NCBI GenBank assembly: GCA_964019335.1
Contig: OZ025745.1
Span: forward strand, 303,314-367,313
Reading direction: 5' to 3'
DNA length: 64,000 nt
From: Diplonema japonicum
Taxonomy: Eukaryota; Protista; Euglenozoa: Diplonemea
This document shows, one piece after another, positions 45,604 through 57,216 of this stretch. Position 1 is the stretch's first letter; each line of letters opens with the position of its first letter. The notes under the pieces were generated by a model that searched no databases, was not told the origin of the DNA, and worked only from the letters and a program-made list of their open reading frames with translations. A program made the translations under genes and the position numbers.

Positions 45604-48600
45604 CTTTTTTTTTTTTTTCCCCACGACATACCGTAAAGTCCGACAGCCTGAGCACTAGACACAAGTAGATGTTCTCTGTTATTGAAGTCCCACTGACAGC
45701 CTGCAGTGTCACGATGTCCACGTTGGCTGTGTGCCCTGCGATCTCCATTTCTGTTCCTCTCTCTGAGTCAAACTGCAGCACAGACCCCTTCCTGGCGGTC
45801 CCCCACGCCTGTCGTATCTTCAACTGCTCTGCCGTCTCCCTAAGCACCGGGTTCACACTGCTTGCCAGAATGTCTGGTGCTGTGGACCCATCAGACGCCG
45901 CAAGTAACTTGCCGCTCTCAGTGAAGGCAAAGACAGCACCATTGGCACCAAGCCCCTTCTGTGCTTGGAACAGCTTGTTGAACTCTACTGTGATTGGGAA
46001 CTCTATCGCCACCAAACCCTGGAAGTAGTCGCACACACCTGGCACGCTGTACCTCGAGTCCTGCCCCGAATCAGAGCACCTTGGTGTCGCCAGTTTGATG
46101 GATTGCCCTACAGAAAGATCAACCGCAGGCATCCACTTCGCGTCTAGGTTGGGGTTCTGTGCGGGCACGGTGTTCGTGTGCCACGACAAAACAGTGTAGT
46201 TCACCTCGCGCACCGAGAAGGGTACCCCGTAGTTGGGCCACCACAACCCCACCCCGGGCACGCTGCCCAGGTGGTACGTGTACTCTGACGTCGCGTGCTT
46301 CACAGTCACGTCACGCCCCATGACACTGTCCTTCTCGTACATCTTGCAGATGCATGTGTACATGTTCTCGCCTTCCGCAGAAGTGACGGTGTACTTCATT
46401 GATGGAAGCGGGCTGTCGCAGAGGCTCCATAGCATTAAGAGCAGCCTGTCGGTGTCGCCCTCAGTGGACGGGGACACAGCGGAAAGGTCGAGAGACAGCT
46501 TCACTGTGTTCAGCGAGTCACGTGCCGTTTCAAGCACGAACTTGAAAGAGCTGTTGATCTGGCTCTTGATGAGGCGTCTGAGGGTGTCCACGAAGTCGTC
46601 CCGGTACTGGTCTTGGTACAGAGCCATCACCACCTCCCAATCTTCAAATGCAGGTAGATCGGGTGGTGTTACCTGTACCCGTTCCACCCATACAGCTCTG
46701 TTGTCAACGGTGCCCGTTGTTGAGCTGCCTGTCATGCTGTCGCGTATCCCGCCCACTTGCTTGATCTCCGCTTCGCTTGAGTTTGTAACTTCCAGTGCCC
46801 CTGTTACATTTGTCACAGGTCCCTTGCTTGCAGCCAGAAGGGTTTTGTTGTTCCGGGCCACGTACGCAATACCAGAAGCACTGAAACTCTTAAGGTAGGT
46901 TTCAATGGCCGTCAAGTGCATGTCGCCAATAAGCCAACCCACGTTGTTGTCGCATACTGCTGACGTGGTGCTCTGCCCCAAGCTGTCCACGCAGTGGGGA
47001 CGCGTCAGCACTGAAGTGGCGATGTCCGTCCTAAGCACAGGAGCACGGGGGGCTGGATTAACTACTGTCGGGACCATCGTTGCGAACTGCGTGTTTGTGG
47101 ACTGGATGTTCGCCTGTGCCTTCTTGTACCAAGGTTCAGAGTCGGGCGTCCACAGCTCAGCATGTGCCAGCGGGCCATAACTATCCCAGACGTAAGTCGT
47201 AGTGCCGACAGCACCTGGGAGTTTGTCTAATTTGTACACAGACTGCTCTGCATTCGAGGTGTTCTGGACAGTGACCTCCCTACCCGCCGTGTTGGCGCAG
47301 GCTGTCTGAAGGAGGTTTCCCTCTGAGGAGGAAGTATAAAAGCTCTTAAACTGCGGGTGGTACTCGCACGCCCAGATCTCAGCAGCTACAACGTCGTCAG
47401 TGGTGCTTTTCTCCCGCAGGTTCACCCTTCTGTCGCTGAGGGACGAGCCCAGCCAGTCAAGTGCCTGCATCCCTTCGTCGACCACGCCGCTCATGAAGGT
47501 CCCCGCTGCGCGGGTAATAGTCTTGATATACTCTGAGGGAAGGCTTGTCGCCGGCAGATCACCGGAGAACAAGACCATAACTAATTTCCATTCAGGTGCC
47601 TTGATGCGCAGGGTCCCCGCTGCAGGCACCAAGTCCACCACATCGATCAGCATCGTGTCACCCGAGATGACCCCCGAGAGCTGCCGTGCCGTCCAATCAT
47701 TACTCAGGATGGCCACCGTCCTTTCTGTCGTGACGGAGGTGTCGGTATGTTTTCTCTTCGGCGACACTAGAAAAGCGTGTCCGTTTGCCATAAGCTCCGC
47801 ACTGTTGACGGCTGCGTGTAGGGCAGAGTCGTCCAGCTCTACAGACAGCAGGCCTTGGAACCTGGGGCAGTTCGGCTCGTCGAATTCCGTCTCGACACCA
47901 TTGTAGGCACAGCGTGGTTTGGTCAAAACGACGCCTTTGCCGCCTTGCAGGAGGTCCAAAGGCTCCGAGATAGTCACGGCGAGGGAGGGGTTGGCACTCG
48001 GCAGTCCAGACGTCCACCACGCTTGGGTGGTAGGGTCGTACGCCTGTTCCGTGGGGGTACCGTAGTTCGGCCACGCCTTGAGGGGCTGTGCCGCATTGAT
48101 GCTGTAAAGCAACAGGTTTTTATTTGCCTGGCTGGGGTTGCGCACGCCAAGGGTCATTGCGGTAGCACCTTTTGCAGGGCACAACGCGTAATACATGCTC
48201 CCAGCAGGCCCCGCAGCATGCACGGCCCGAACAGACCCTGCGTACAGCCTGCATACCTCGACAAGGTGTGCCACCACCTGGTCGGTGACACGCACATCCC
48301 TCCCGTTCTCCGACATGAGGGACAGGCCGGACGCCTCGAACAATTGCTCTAACTTTCCCAGTGCAGAGAGAGAGGTTTTGATGAGGTTCTGCCACTTGAG
48401 CTCGAGGTGCTTGCCCTTCATGGTTCTGGTGGCCGCCTCGTTCGTTGTGGGGGGCATCCCGACGGTCACCCACAAGGGCGAGCCCAACACCACAGTAGCG
48501 TGCGTGAAGGGCAGCACATAAATCCATCTATTGGTCTCTTGGATAAGCTCCTCCTGTGTCCACCCACGTAGGGTCATCAACGCTGCGATAGACTGCAGCT

Positions 48601-49456
48601 CGCCTGTAGCATTGACAGGGTACTGCACGTACCCGGAGGACGTTCCGAACGCAAGGCCAGTGCCTGTGGTCACCATGAGTGTGGAAGATGTGGTGGTGCT
48701 GAGCATTTTCAGATACTTAACAAGGTCGGTGGGGGGCGACTCGAGGCCGATGACACCGGAGAAGCGCTTACAATGTGTCGCGTCGTCGTAGGGGGTGGAC
48801 GTGGCACTCTGCGTGCTGTCCATGCACTGTGGCTTCGACACGTAAAAGAGACCATCGGGGTTGCCCAACACTGTGGGGATGAACAAGGTGGGAGCGAGGT
48901 TGGTGACAGGTGCTTGGGGGTACCAGATGTGCGATGATATGTTAAAGGTGGCCGTGCTCGTTGTGAACACACCGTAACGGGGCCAGCTGTACAACACCCC
49001 ACCAGGTGCTTCGTCCAGGATGTAGTACTCCAGCAGGGCAGGGGTGGTGGGGGTGTGAACAAATTTAACAGCTACTAAACGTCCGGAAGATTTCACGTTC
49101 CAATATCCCTCAGGGCCGACAGTGCTGCATGACACAATGATGCGCTCGTGATCTTTGGTGTTTGCCAGGGTTGACAGTTGCGTGAATACGCCCATTGTCC
49201 TGCAAACACTTTCCAAAACCCGCACTATTTTGTCCACGCTACCTCCGTCGTTCAAATGCAGACCTGTTGCTGTCACACCAAATTCTACAGCTGCCAGCAC
49301 CCCAGACGCCCTCACCAGTTCTCTCTCCACTCCATCTTTCAGTGTGCTCTGTATCACCTCACGAATCGCCACGTCCCCTTGGGTCGTCTCTGAACCCGCA
49401 GACCCCATTAACCCGAAGAGACACATAACAGTGCATGCCATATATATTGCTTTCAT
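45436..49456 (-). CDS. Predicted GPI-anchored surface protein with four dCache-like sensor repeats; 2 exons
   Basis: Signal peptide; four ~300-aa repeats, each with W(P)xYG and a YDPRxRPWY-like motif (FNISSHIWY, YDPTTQAWW, WTPDSEPWY, NYTVLSWH). Intron 45547-45631 adds the last exon TPLETRPPRRPLHYNAATTLSPHTLLIAALLLVFCL-stop. Confidence 0.7.
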
Positions 49457-50025
49457 GTTGAGATGTTTTTTTTTTTTTTTTTTTTTTTCTTTCCCCCTCT
49501 TCTTTTTTGTCGTTTGGCGACCACCCCCTCCTTTTTATTTTGTCATTGTATTTAATCTTTTATAATTCTTATGAAGCTGAGAAGAAAAAGAATTTTGGGG
49601 GGGTATAAAAGAAAACGTCGTGGGGGGGCGAAAAAAAGGAAGGGGGAAAACATGGGGTATGAGAAATAAAAGAAAAAAAGAAAAATAAAAGGGGTATGAA
49701 ATAAAAAAAAGGAAAGCCCCACCAATCCTTTGAACACTTGAAATAAAAAAATCGGCCAACCAGGAAAAAAAAAAGGGGGAAGGGTATCGGGAGGGGGATA
49801 AAGGCGGGGGAGGGGAGGGGGCCCAAATACTATTTTTTTTTAATTTTTCTTTTCTTCCAAAAAAAACCCTTTTTTTTTCATTCACCCTCTCTCACTTTTC
49901 AAAAGCAAAAAGCAAAAGAGAGTGAAGTAAAAAAAAAAAAAAAATGAAAATATAAAATAAAACCGCCTTTTTTTTTTTCTTCTTTTTTTTTTAAAGGATG
50001 GGGGTGCCTACCTCACTCCCTGTGC

Positions 50026-51274
50026 CTACGCCGAGGCGGACTTAAGAGTCTCCTGAGAGATAAAGTTAAGACCCAGGAGACCTTGCTTCTCAACAACTTC
50101 CTCACTGACATGGTACTTGGCCATCTCGGCCTCCTGGGCAAGGCGCGCGGCCTCAGCTTTGGCTTCCTTCTCTTCCTGGGACTCCTGAGTGTCCTTGCTA
50201 TCGTCTTCGGTACCAGAGGCACGGGACTGCAGGCGGATGATCTCCGCAAGCATCTGCGCCCTCCTGGAGTCGTCAGCACCCATCGTCGCACTGCCACCAG
50301 ACTTGGACATGGCCGCCTGCTGAGCGGCGTCCATGGTCTCGAGCACCTCCTCCTTCGTCTTCATCTTGATGTCAGCGTACCTCTTAAGCGTCTCCGCCAA
50401 CGACAGCCTTTCCTCACAGGTGAGCTCAACATGAGTCTCGTAGTTCAGCTCAGCAGCGTCACGCGCATCGGGGTTCCAGTCAGCGAACCTGGAGAAGGTC
50501 AGCTGGCCATCGATGTTCCTCTCGATGAGCTTGGACTGGATCACCTGCTTGGCAAGGAAAGGCCTGAACAGGTTCACCTGCTCCACAAGGCTGTCCAGAA
50601 GCTCAGCCTGCACGGGCTCTTTGAACGCCTTAAGCTCCGCCGCGATGGCCGCCTCGTCACGGTCGAAGGTCGTGTTGGCGATCTCGTCGTACCTGAGCCT
50701 CTTCTCGGCAACGACCTCTCTGTCGATGGCGGTGGCGTACTCCTTGGCCCAGTCGAACTCGGGGAGGGTGTTGCTGGGGCTGGAGGCCTTGAAGGCGTTG
50801 TACTTCTCGGTAAGCTCCTTCTCTCTCTTCAGCTTGTTGAACTCCATCTGGTCGGCGGCGGTGTAGACAAGCCACTTCTCCATGTCCTCCCATGAGCAGG
50901 CGTCCTCGTTCTTCTGGTAGGTGCACAGACCGTGTCTCAGGACACGCTCGATCACCTGCATCTGGGTCAGCTCTTCACCGTCAGCAAGGGCCATACCCTC
51001 GTTACCGCAGGCCGCAAGGATGGTGTCGACCTCAGACTTGATCTGCTCGAAGGTGGTGTCGAACTTGCGGGTGTAAGAGGCGGGCTTGTCGCCGAGCTGG
51101 GCGTGGATCATGGCGAGGGCCTTCACGGTGTTCTCAGCCTTCTGCAGTGTGTGTTCTTTCAGTGCTGTGTCAGCATACCTGGTCGGCGTTGGAGGCTGTG
51201 GAGGGGAAGTGCAGCACGGGAGCCACACCGGACAGCCCACGGACCTGCCTGCTCATTCTGCTAACCCTACGCAT
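50026..51274 (-). CDS. ATPTB2: Mitochondrial F1Fo ATP synthase subunit d, Euglenozoa type (ATPTB2); 2 exons
   Basis: Removing a 37-nt intron (51142-51178) gives MRRVSRMSRQVRGLSGVAPVLHFP..., a mitochondrial-type presequence. YTRK, ERVLRHGL, WLVYT, IDREVVAEKRLRYD and DWNPDARDAAEL match my recollection of T. brucei ATPTB2. Strong codon bias. Confidence 0.85.
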
Positions 51275-51513
51275 TTTGTTAATTTGTGATTAAGGTAGGC
51301 TGTGGTATGTAGTTGTGGTGCACGCTTGCCAGAAAATGCAAAAGAAATAAAGAAAAGGCACAGCGCAAAACTTAAACTCTGAACGATCAGCACACACTGC
51401 GGTTTCAATGCGCACTGACAGCGAGTTCACAAAGTCAAAGGGCGCAAGGCGGTACCCGACGTTCGTTGAAATCCCAAAATGGCGACGAAGATCTCGCAGT
51501 AAAGACACGTCGC

Positions 51514-52611
51514 TCACCAACCCCTGCAGGGCACCCACTTCTCTCCTGTAAGTTCACCGTTCTGCTTGATTAAAACCGAGCTGTGGAGTGCAGCTGCGGC
51601 ACAAGAGTGGTGTGGGGCCAGTTCGAGGACCATGCCGATTCGGTACTTCTCGTGATCGAGGGTACCCGACTTAGGGACCACTTCACCCGCTTCTTGCTTA
51701 AGTACCTTGACCTTGAGTTCGGGGTGGGAGGTGATACGGCCGTAGCCTGTGGCAGCGCCCTGCACAGAACACCCTGTCCACCCCATGTCCACGATCAGCA
51801 TGTTCCTCTCGGGGTAGATGCCCACGATGCGCGTCAGCACTCTTACAGCCACGTCCTCCACAGTGCACGATCCAATATCGCACTGCATCGAGTCGTAGGT
51901 GAGGTAGTTCCCAGGGTGCATCTCATTGACACCCTCCAACCCGTCCTCAGGCACGTGTGAGCACGTTGGAGTGCTCCCTACCCCAACAGTCCCAACTGCA
52001 ATACCCGCCTTCTGGAGCCTCTGGCTGAACTCCACCACCGCGTCTCTTTCCTGCACGGAGTATTTCAGGATCTCTTCCTTCCCCCGTGCGTCGTAACTGC
52101 CCCCACCATGTGTGTAAACCCCCTTCAGTGTCGTGGCGTCGCTTTGCGTTATCTTTTTTGCAAGATCCAGCGCAGACTGCGAGGAGGGGTCCACCCCGTC
52201 CCTGTGATAGCCGCAGTCCACCATGATGAAGACAGACCACTTGCAGTGGGGGTGGTCAAGGAGAGCTTCCAGCTGCTGCGTGTTATCTACCATCACATGG
52301 AAGGTGATCCTGCAACAGAGCTCCGCTGCTTCATCCAGCTTGTCGGGTGTGATGGGCACTGCGTACAAGATGTCGTCAAACCCACCAGCCGCGAAGTGCT
52401 GTGCTTCTTTCAGTGTGCTCACGACAATCTTGCTCTTTCTCCCCCCGGTCTGCAGAAGCGCCCCTTCCACAGTTTTGTGCGTCTTCACGTGAGGGCGCAG
52501 TTCGCAGCCTGCGTCTTCCGCCCTTTTCAGCATCCTTTGCGCGTTTCTCTTCGCGATGTCGACGTCCATCACATAGCAAGGTGTGCGAGGGATGGGGGTG
52601 GGGGTGGCCAT
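51514..52611 (-). CDS. Fold-type III PLP enzyme, D-serine dehydratase/D-threonine aldolase (DSD1-like) family
   Basis: TPCYVMD, LRPHVKTHK (PLP Lys), VDCGYHRDGV, GSTPT, EMHPGNY, PHHSC (metal ligands). Confidence 0.88.
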   Translation of the reverse strand: MATPTPIPRTPCYVMDVDIAKRNAQRMLKRAEDAGCELRPHVKTHKTVEGALLQTGGRKSKIVVSTLKEAQHFAAGGFDDILYAVPITPDKLDEAAELCCRITFHVMVDNTQQLEALLDHPHCKWSVFIMVDCGYHRDGVDPSSQSALDLAKKITQSDATTLKGVYTHGGGSYDARGKEEILKYSVQERDAVVEFSQRLQKAGIAVGTVGVGSTPTCSHVPEDGLEGVNEMHPGNYLTYDSMQCDIGSCTVEDVAVRVLTRIVGIYPERNMLIVDMGWTGCSVQGAATGYGRITSHPELKVKVLKQEAGEVVPKSGTLDHEKYRIGMVLELAPHHSCAAAALHSSVLIKQNGELTGEKWVPCRGW

Positions 52612-52683
52612 CTTTGTGCTGTCTCCTAAAAAAGGAATATTGTGGTGGGCATGCTAAGGTTGTATACACCGTCCAAAAGGTTC

Positions 52684-53076
52684 TTACTTCCTACTAGCCA
52701 AAAAGGCTTTCTCCCGTCTTTTCAGCTGGTCGCTGTGCGTCGCCTCGACCAACGCAGACAGGGCAACAACCACAGACCTGAAACCCATCATGAACACCAT
52801 CACCAGCGCAACACTCAGCACTTCCGTAGCCCCTGGTAGCAGGCTCTCCTTTACGAGCGGCAGTCCTATAAGACTCAGAGAGTCCCTGCTGAAGTACATA
52901 TGCCACGGTATTCTGACAGCAACCCACACGCCCAGCACTCTGTTTGCAAGCAGCACGAGGTACGCGCTCATCACGCACCCCATAGCCTTCAACACGTAGG
53001 CTTGCCCAGTTAGGTTGCACACATATACGGTACCCAACAGCATTATCGGTAGCACCAGACCCACAAACGCTTCCAT
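52684..53076 (-). CDS. Small hypothetical multi-pass membrane protein
   Basis: 130-aa ATG-initiated ORF with several hydrophobic segments, co-directional and tightly packed between two genes. Confidence 0.5.
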   Translation of the reverse strand: MEAFVGLVLPIMLLGTVYVCNLTGQAYVLKAMGCVMSAYLVLLANRVLGVWVAVRIPWHMYFSRDSLSLIGLPLVKESLLPGATEVLSVALVMVFMMGFRSVVVALSALVEATHSDQLKRREKAFLASRK

Positions 53077-53287
53077 AGTATATGCCCTTATCTATTGTCG
53101 GTGGTGGGTGCGCTGCGGTAGGGATACAATAAAAAATCAAGAAAAAAAAATCTTTGAAATCCTTTTTTCTTGCGTGCGTGCATCGCGTTGGCCCGGCGGC
53201 GCCTTTGAAAAGCAGAGGGAAGGACCCTTAAAGAGACATAACTACTAACAGATAAAAGAAAGAACAGAGTGGATCAGACCACTGTAA

Positions 53288-54622
53288 CTAAGGATAGTCG
53301 ACGGCGTTGTGATACAGCTTACACGTCTTGCAAGGGAACTGCTTGGTGAGCATCGGCTTGAACCACATGTTGGTTGCCAGGGTATAAGGGCCGGCTGAAT
53401 CGACCTCGTGCCACCAAAAGGACGGAACATAGAGGACATCACCAGGTGCGACAGGGCAGTGCAGCCGTGAGCGGTTGGCTGCCATAAAATACGGATATCT
53501 TACCAGCTCGCTAGGATCATCGATATGTACAGGCGACATGACCATCGAGGTGCTGTCGGGCAACCTGTCCCTGTGGAAGACGCCATTCTCATAACGTAGA
53601 AAGCCTTCCCTAACGTGGCCCTCGTACAACCTCTCGTTCAGGTGCGGGTGCATCAGAGTAAAGTTCTTGGCACCCTTGATGACCGTCATAAGGTTCTCGA
53701 AAGGGTCGAAGTGCAGCTTCCCCTTCGTGGCACCGCCCAGCCAAATATTCTTCTGTTCGAGAATGAGCTTCCTTGCGAAGGATGGAATGGTAACGTCTGC
53801 AGCAAGCTTTTTCAACCCTGCGAGGTTGGTGTACTCGAGATAGAACGCAGCACGTTCAGGATCCACCTTAGACAGCTCATCGACAAGCTGCGAAACAGTC
53901 ATCATTGCAGTAGCAGGGCGTGCGATCACACGGTCAGGAGACTCAAGACGAGAAAGGACATAAGGAGGGAGCGTAGAATTTGTCCATAAAGAAAGGCTTT
54001 CCGGACCTTCGAACACACCTCCTGGAGAGATCTTGACATGAAGAGCGTGGACACCGAGGTGTGCAGTGAGGGATTCAAGAGACCATGACATGGAGGGCCA
54101 TTCAACAGCTGCCTTCTTGATGACCACCGGGCGTGACTTCAATACGTACGTGTCGATGAAGGCCTTTTCTGTGATGGTGCCTTCGACCACATCGCAGTGC
54201 CCACCTGTTTCAGGAGGCCAGTAGAGATTGCTGGCTTTGCGCGAGGGCGCAGGTCGTTCCATGACCGATGCCACAAAGGCCTCGATTTCTTCAGCGGTTG
54301 TCCATACCGCAACTTGTAGCTGCTTCTCAACCTTTATGTCGCCGTGGCTTTCAGGCAGGATGCACTGCATGTGGTCCTTCCCTGTCTTCACTCTTGCTAC
54401 CAGGATGGAGTTGTCTTTCTGGTGTACTATTTGTGCTCTCCACACAAGGTCGCTGCCTTCACCGGGGGTGCTGAATGCCTCTTCTACCACATGCCACAGG
54501 GGCAGCAATATGTGCTCGTCTTCTTTTCTGTAGTTCAGCGTTGCCACCGCCTCTCGTTGCGTCTCGAACAAGCTACACACGCTGCCCACCAGTGTAAGCA
54601 GGGCTGCTGTGGAACAGAACAT
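53288..54622 (-). CDS. JmjC (cupin-8-type) 2-oxoglutarate/Fe(II) oxygenase with N-terminal signal peptide
   Basis: RPVVIK, KLHFDPFENL (HxD), GAKNFTL, PGDVLYVPSFWWHEV; N-terminus MFCSTAALLTLVGSVCS. Confidence 0.88.
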   Translation of the reverse strand: MFCSTAALLTLVGSVCSLFETQREAVATLNYRKEDEHILLPLWHVVEEAFSTPGEGSDLVWRAQIVHQKDNSILVARVKTGKDHMQCILPESHGDIKVEKQLQVAVWTTAEEIEAFVASVMERPAPSRKASNLYWPPETGGHCDVVEGTITEKAFIDTYVLKSRPVVIKKAAVEWPSMSWSLESLTAHLGVHALHVKISPGGVFEGPESLSLWTNSTLPPYVLSRLESPDRVIARPATAMMTVSQLVDELSKVDPERAAFYLEYTNLAGLKKLAADVTIPSFARKLILEQKNIWLGGATKGKLHFDPFENLMTVIKGAKNFTLMHPHLNERLYEGHVREGFLRYENGVFHRDRLPDSTSMVMSPVHIDDPSELVRYPYFMAANRSRLHCPVAPGDVLYVPSFWWHEVDSAGPYTLATNMWFKPMLTKQFPCKTCKLYHNAVDYP

Positions 54623-55334
54623 TTTTCTTTCTTTTGTCGCGGGGGTAGGGGGGGGGTTTCTTCTTTCCCTCTGTTATTTTCCTTTTTTTTTTCTTTTAAA
54701 CTTTCTTACGGTATTTACAAACAAAAAAATACGGGTTTTGAATTTTTTTTCACGTGGGAGGGTGGGGGAATCAGAGGGTGGGGGTTTAAAAAAAGGGGGA
54801 AGGGGGGAGGGGGAAAGAATGGAATAAAAAACAAAAAAAAGGGTATATGTGCAGGAGCAGAGAGGAAAAAGAAAATGTGGGTAGGGGCAAAGGGAGCTTA
54901 CGGGGGGGGGGGGGGGTTATAAGTAGTGAGCAGAAAGTGGAATAAAACATTTTTTTTTATTTTTTTTTAAAAGGGGTCCAAAAGAACTTCGCCGTGGCTT
55001 GAAGGTCAGGATCACACGGTGGGGTTCGCTACTGGGCGCAGTAGAGGATGGGGGTTGGGGATCAAAAAAAAAGCAGATAAAGGGGCCAATCATGGCCTTG
55101 CAGTCATAGTGTTCCCGACAAAAAAAAAGGGGGGGAAAGGAAACATAAAGGAGAAACCTATAACCCCTTTACTTTATTTTCACAATCTGTATTTTTTTTC
55201 TCTTCACCAAGGACATTAATGTTAACCTTTTTTTTTTTCTTTCTTCTTCCAACCACACCCCTCCCCCCCCCCCCCCCCCCCTTTCCGCAGACTAAATTAT
55301 GAGGGAAAAAAAAATCTTCTTTTTTTTTAAATAA

Positions 55335-56090
55335 CGCTCCATATTCGCTAAGTGACCCGCCCTATGTTATAGGGGGCTTTTGGGGAAAAAATGTCAAAAA
55401 TGCCCAAAGGTTTTTCAAAAAATCCATATCTCAGAGCAGACGGAGTAGAAGTGCCATAAGCAGGCAAAAACAAAGGATGGCACCCCAGCCTCATCTCAAG
55501 AAGCACAAGACCGAGGCAATGGGACTCGTACTAGACTTAGAGAACAGGGAAAGGGGTAGATAAGTAGAGATAAGTAGACAAGGACGTTCCAGAACGGGAA
55601 CCTCCTTTATCTCACCTCTTATTCTGTGTTTATTTCATCACAGTGTTGATGGCTGAGGCACGTCGTGAGTGTGTATCGCGAGGATATCTGGTGTGAAAAG
55701 AAGGGAACCTACTCCACCCACTAAGCCGGATGCGTGAGTAAAGATGGGGGGTCAGAGTTTTGAATTCCTGTGTGGTAGAGTGGTTACCGTGCTCACTTGT
55801 CAGGCCCCTTGTTCCAGGAGTCGCGGGTTCGAATCCCGACGCAGTGGTTTTTTCATCAGGGTTCGAACCCCACTTGTGCCGTGTTTTTTCCACCGGAGCT
55901 GCTTCATTTTGTATAGTACAAAGTAAGGCAAATCACCAAAAAAAATTTTATTACAAAAAAAAATTCCATATGTCGAACATTGGGCCCCGGACGCAAATAA
56001 ATCCATTCCAGCCCTAGAAAAAGCAATTAGAAATTTTTTTTAGCTCTTCAAAATGCGGGTTCTGGTGGGTCACTTAGCGAATATGGAGCG
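55335..56090. mobile_element. MITE (756 bp) with perfect 24-bp TIRs and TAA target-site duplication (PIF/Harbinger-like signature)
   Basis: CGCTCCATATTCGCTAAGTGACCC at 55335-55358 and its exact reverse complement at 56067-56090; TAA at 55332-55334 and 56091-56093; no transposase ORF. Confidence 0.85.
55766..55847 (+). pseudogene. tRNA-derived (Asp-GTC-like) sequence with Pol III A and B boxes, inside the MITE
   Basis: A box TGGTAGAGTGG, D stem GGTA/TACC, loop TTGTCAG, T arm CGGG-TTCGAAT-CCCG, then T6 at 55848-55853. The anticodon stem does not pair. Confidence 0.65.
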
Positions 56091-57216
56091 TAAAAAATTT
56101 AAGGGAAATAAAAAAAGAGGGGTGAAGACGATATTTGCGTGTGCTGAAAAAAAAAAGGGGTTTTTTCTTTAGTTTTAATTATTTCAGATATGTGCTGGGG
56201 TTCCCCCCCCCCCTTTTTTTTAATGGGGTAAAGGGGCAGGTTCGTGGTGAATGGAGAGGGGGAAAAAAAAAGGGGGGGAGGTGCATAAGGGACGGAACGC
56301 TCGCACATCTTTTTTTTTTTTAATTTTGAAAAAGAGAAGGGAAAGGAAAGGTGAAATCAAAAGAAAAAGGGGAAGAAAAAAAAAACAGGAAAAAAAAAAG
56401 AAAAAAAAAAGACTATTAGAGGTGAGGCGACGTTGCTGGGGGTAAAAAAAAATGGGGTTTTTTTTTGTTATTATTTAACTCTTTTATTAAACGCCTATCA
56501 CTAAAAACCCGTTTCGCAATCTTGAAATCCACCCAAAATATCCCCTCAGAGCAAATACAGGATTGACCAGACTGTTTTAGAGAAATAGGGCGTGAAAGGG
56601 TTTTTCTTTTTCTTTTCTTAAACCATCTTCTCTCTCTCCCATTTCTCCAATCGTTAAAAGTACAAAAAAAAAAAAAAGAAATAGGGGGAAAAATATAAAA
56701 GAATAGGAACTAAATGTCTTGCGGTGCAAAATTTGCATTTTTTTTTTAATTAGTTCTTTTTTTTTTCTTCCCCGCATTGAGTTTGTCATTTATTCTTTTT
56801 TTTTTCCTCTCCTTCTTTTTTTTACCCCCTCCCCTCACCCTGTTTTGTGTAATCGTCCCCCTCTTCTTTTTTTTTTCACCCTTTGTGTTGGTTTTGTTAC
56901 AATCCTTTTTTTCTCTCTCTTTTTTTTTTTTTTTTCCCTTCCACGGTGCCTTTTCTTTTTTTTTTTCTGCATCAATTATTTTTTTTTTTCCTCATTTTTT
57001 TTTTTTCCTCTCCCCCTCCCCCAATGGTGGTACAAACCATAACCCAAAAAAAAAAATTCTTTTTCTCGCCATAATGAGGAGAAGTTAGCACAAAAAAAAA
57101 CTAAACAACCAAAGGGGGAACACAAAAAAAAAAAAAAAGAAAAAAAAAAAACATTTAAGGTCGCCTTAAAAAAAAGATAACGTGATTTGGGGAAAGTTCT
57201 TTTTTTTTTTTTTTTT

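Noticed and set aside
50083-50895. Long plus-strand ORFs opposite host genes (also 8025-8852, 16743-17645, 26929-27753 and others)
   Set aside because: Antisense shadows of GC3-rich coding sequence; no independent motifs.
55766-55847. Functional tRNA-Asp gene, or a tRNA-like promoter for a divergent snRNA
   Set aside because: The anticodon stem cannot pair with or without an intron, the unit lies inside a MITE, and I recognised no snRNA upstream on the opposite strand.
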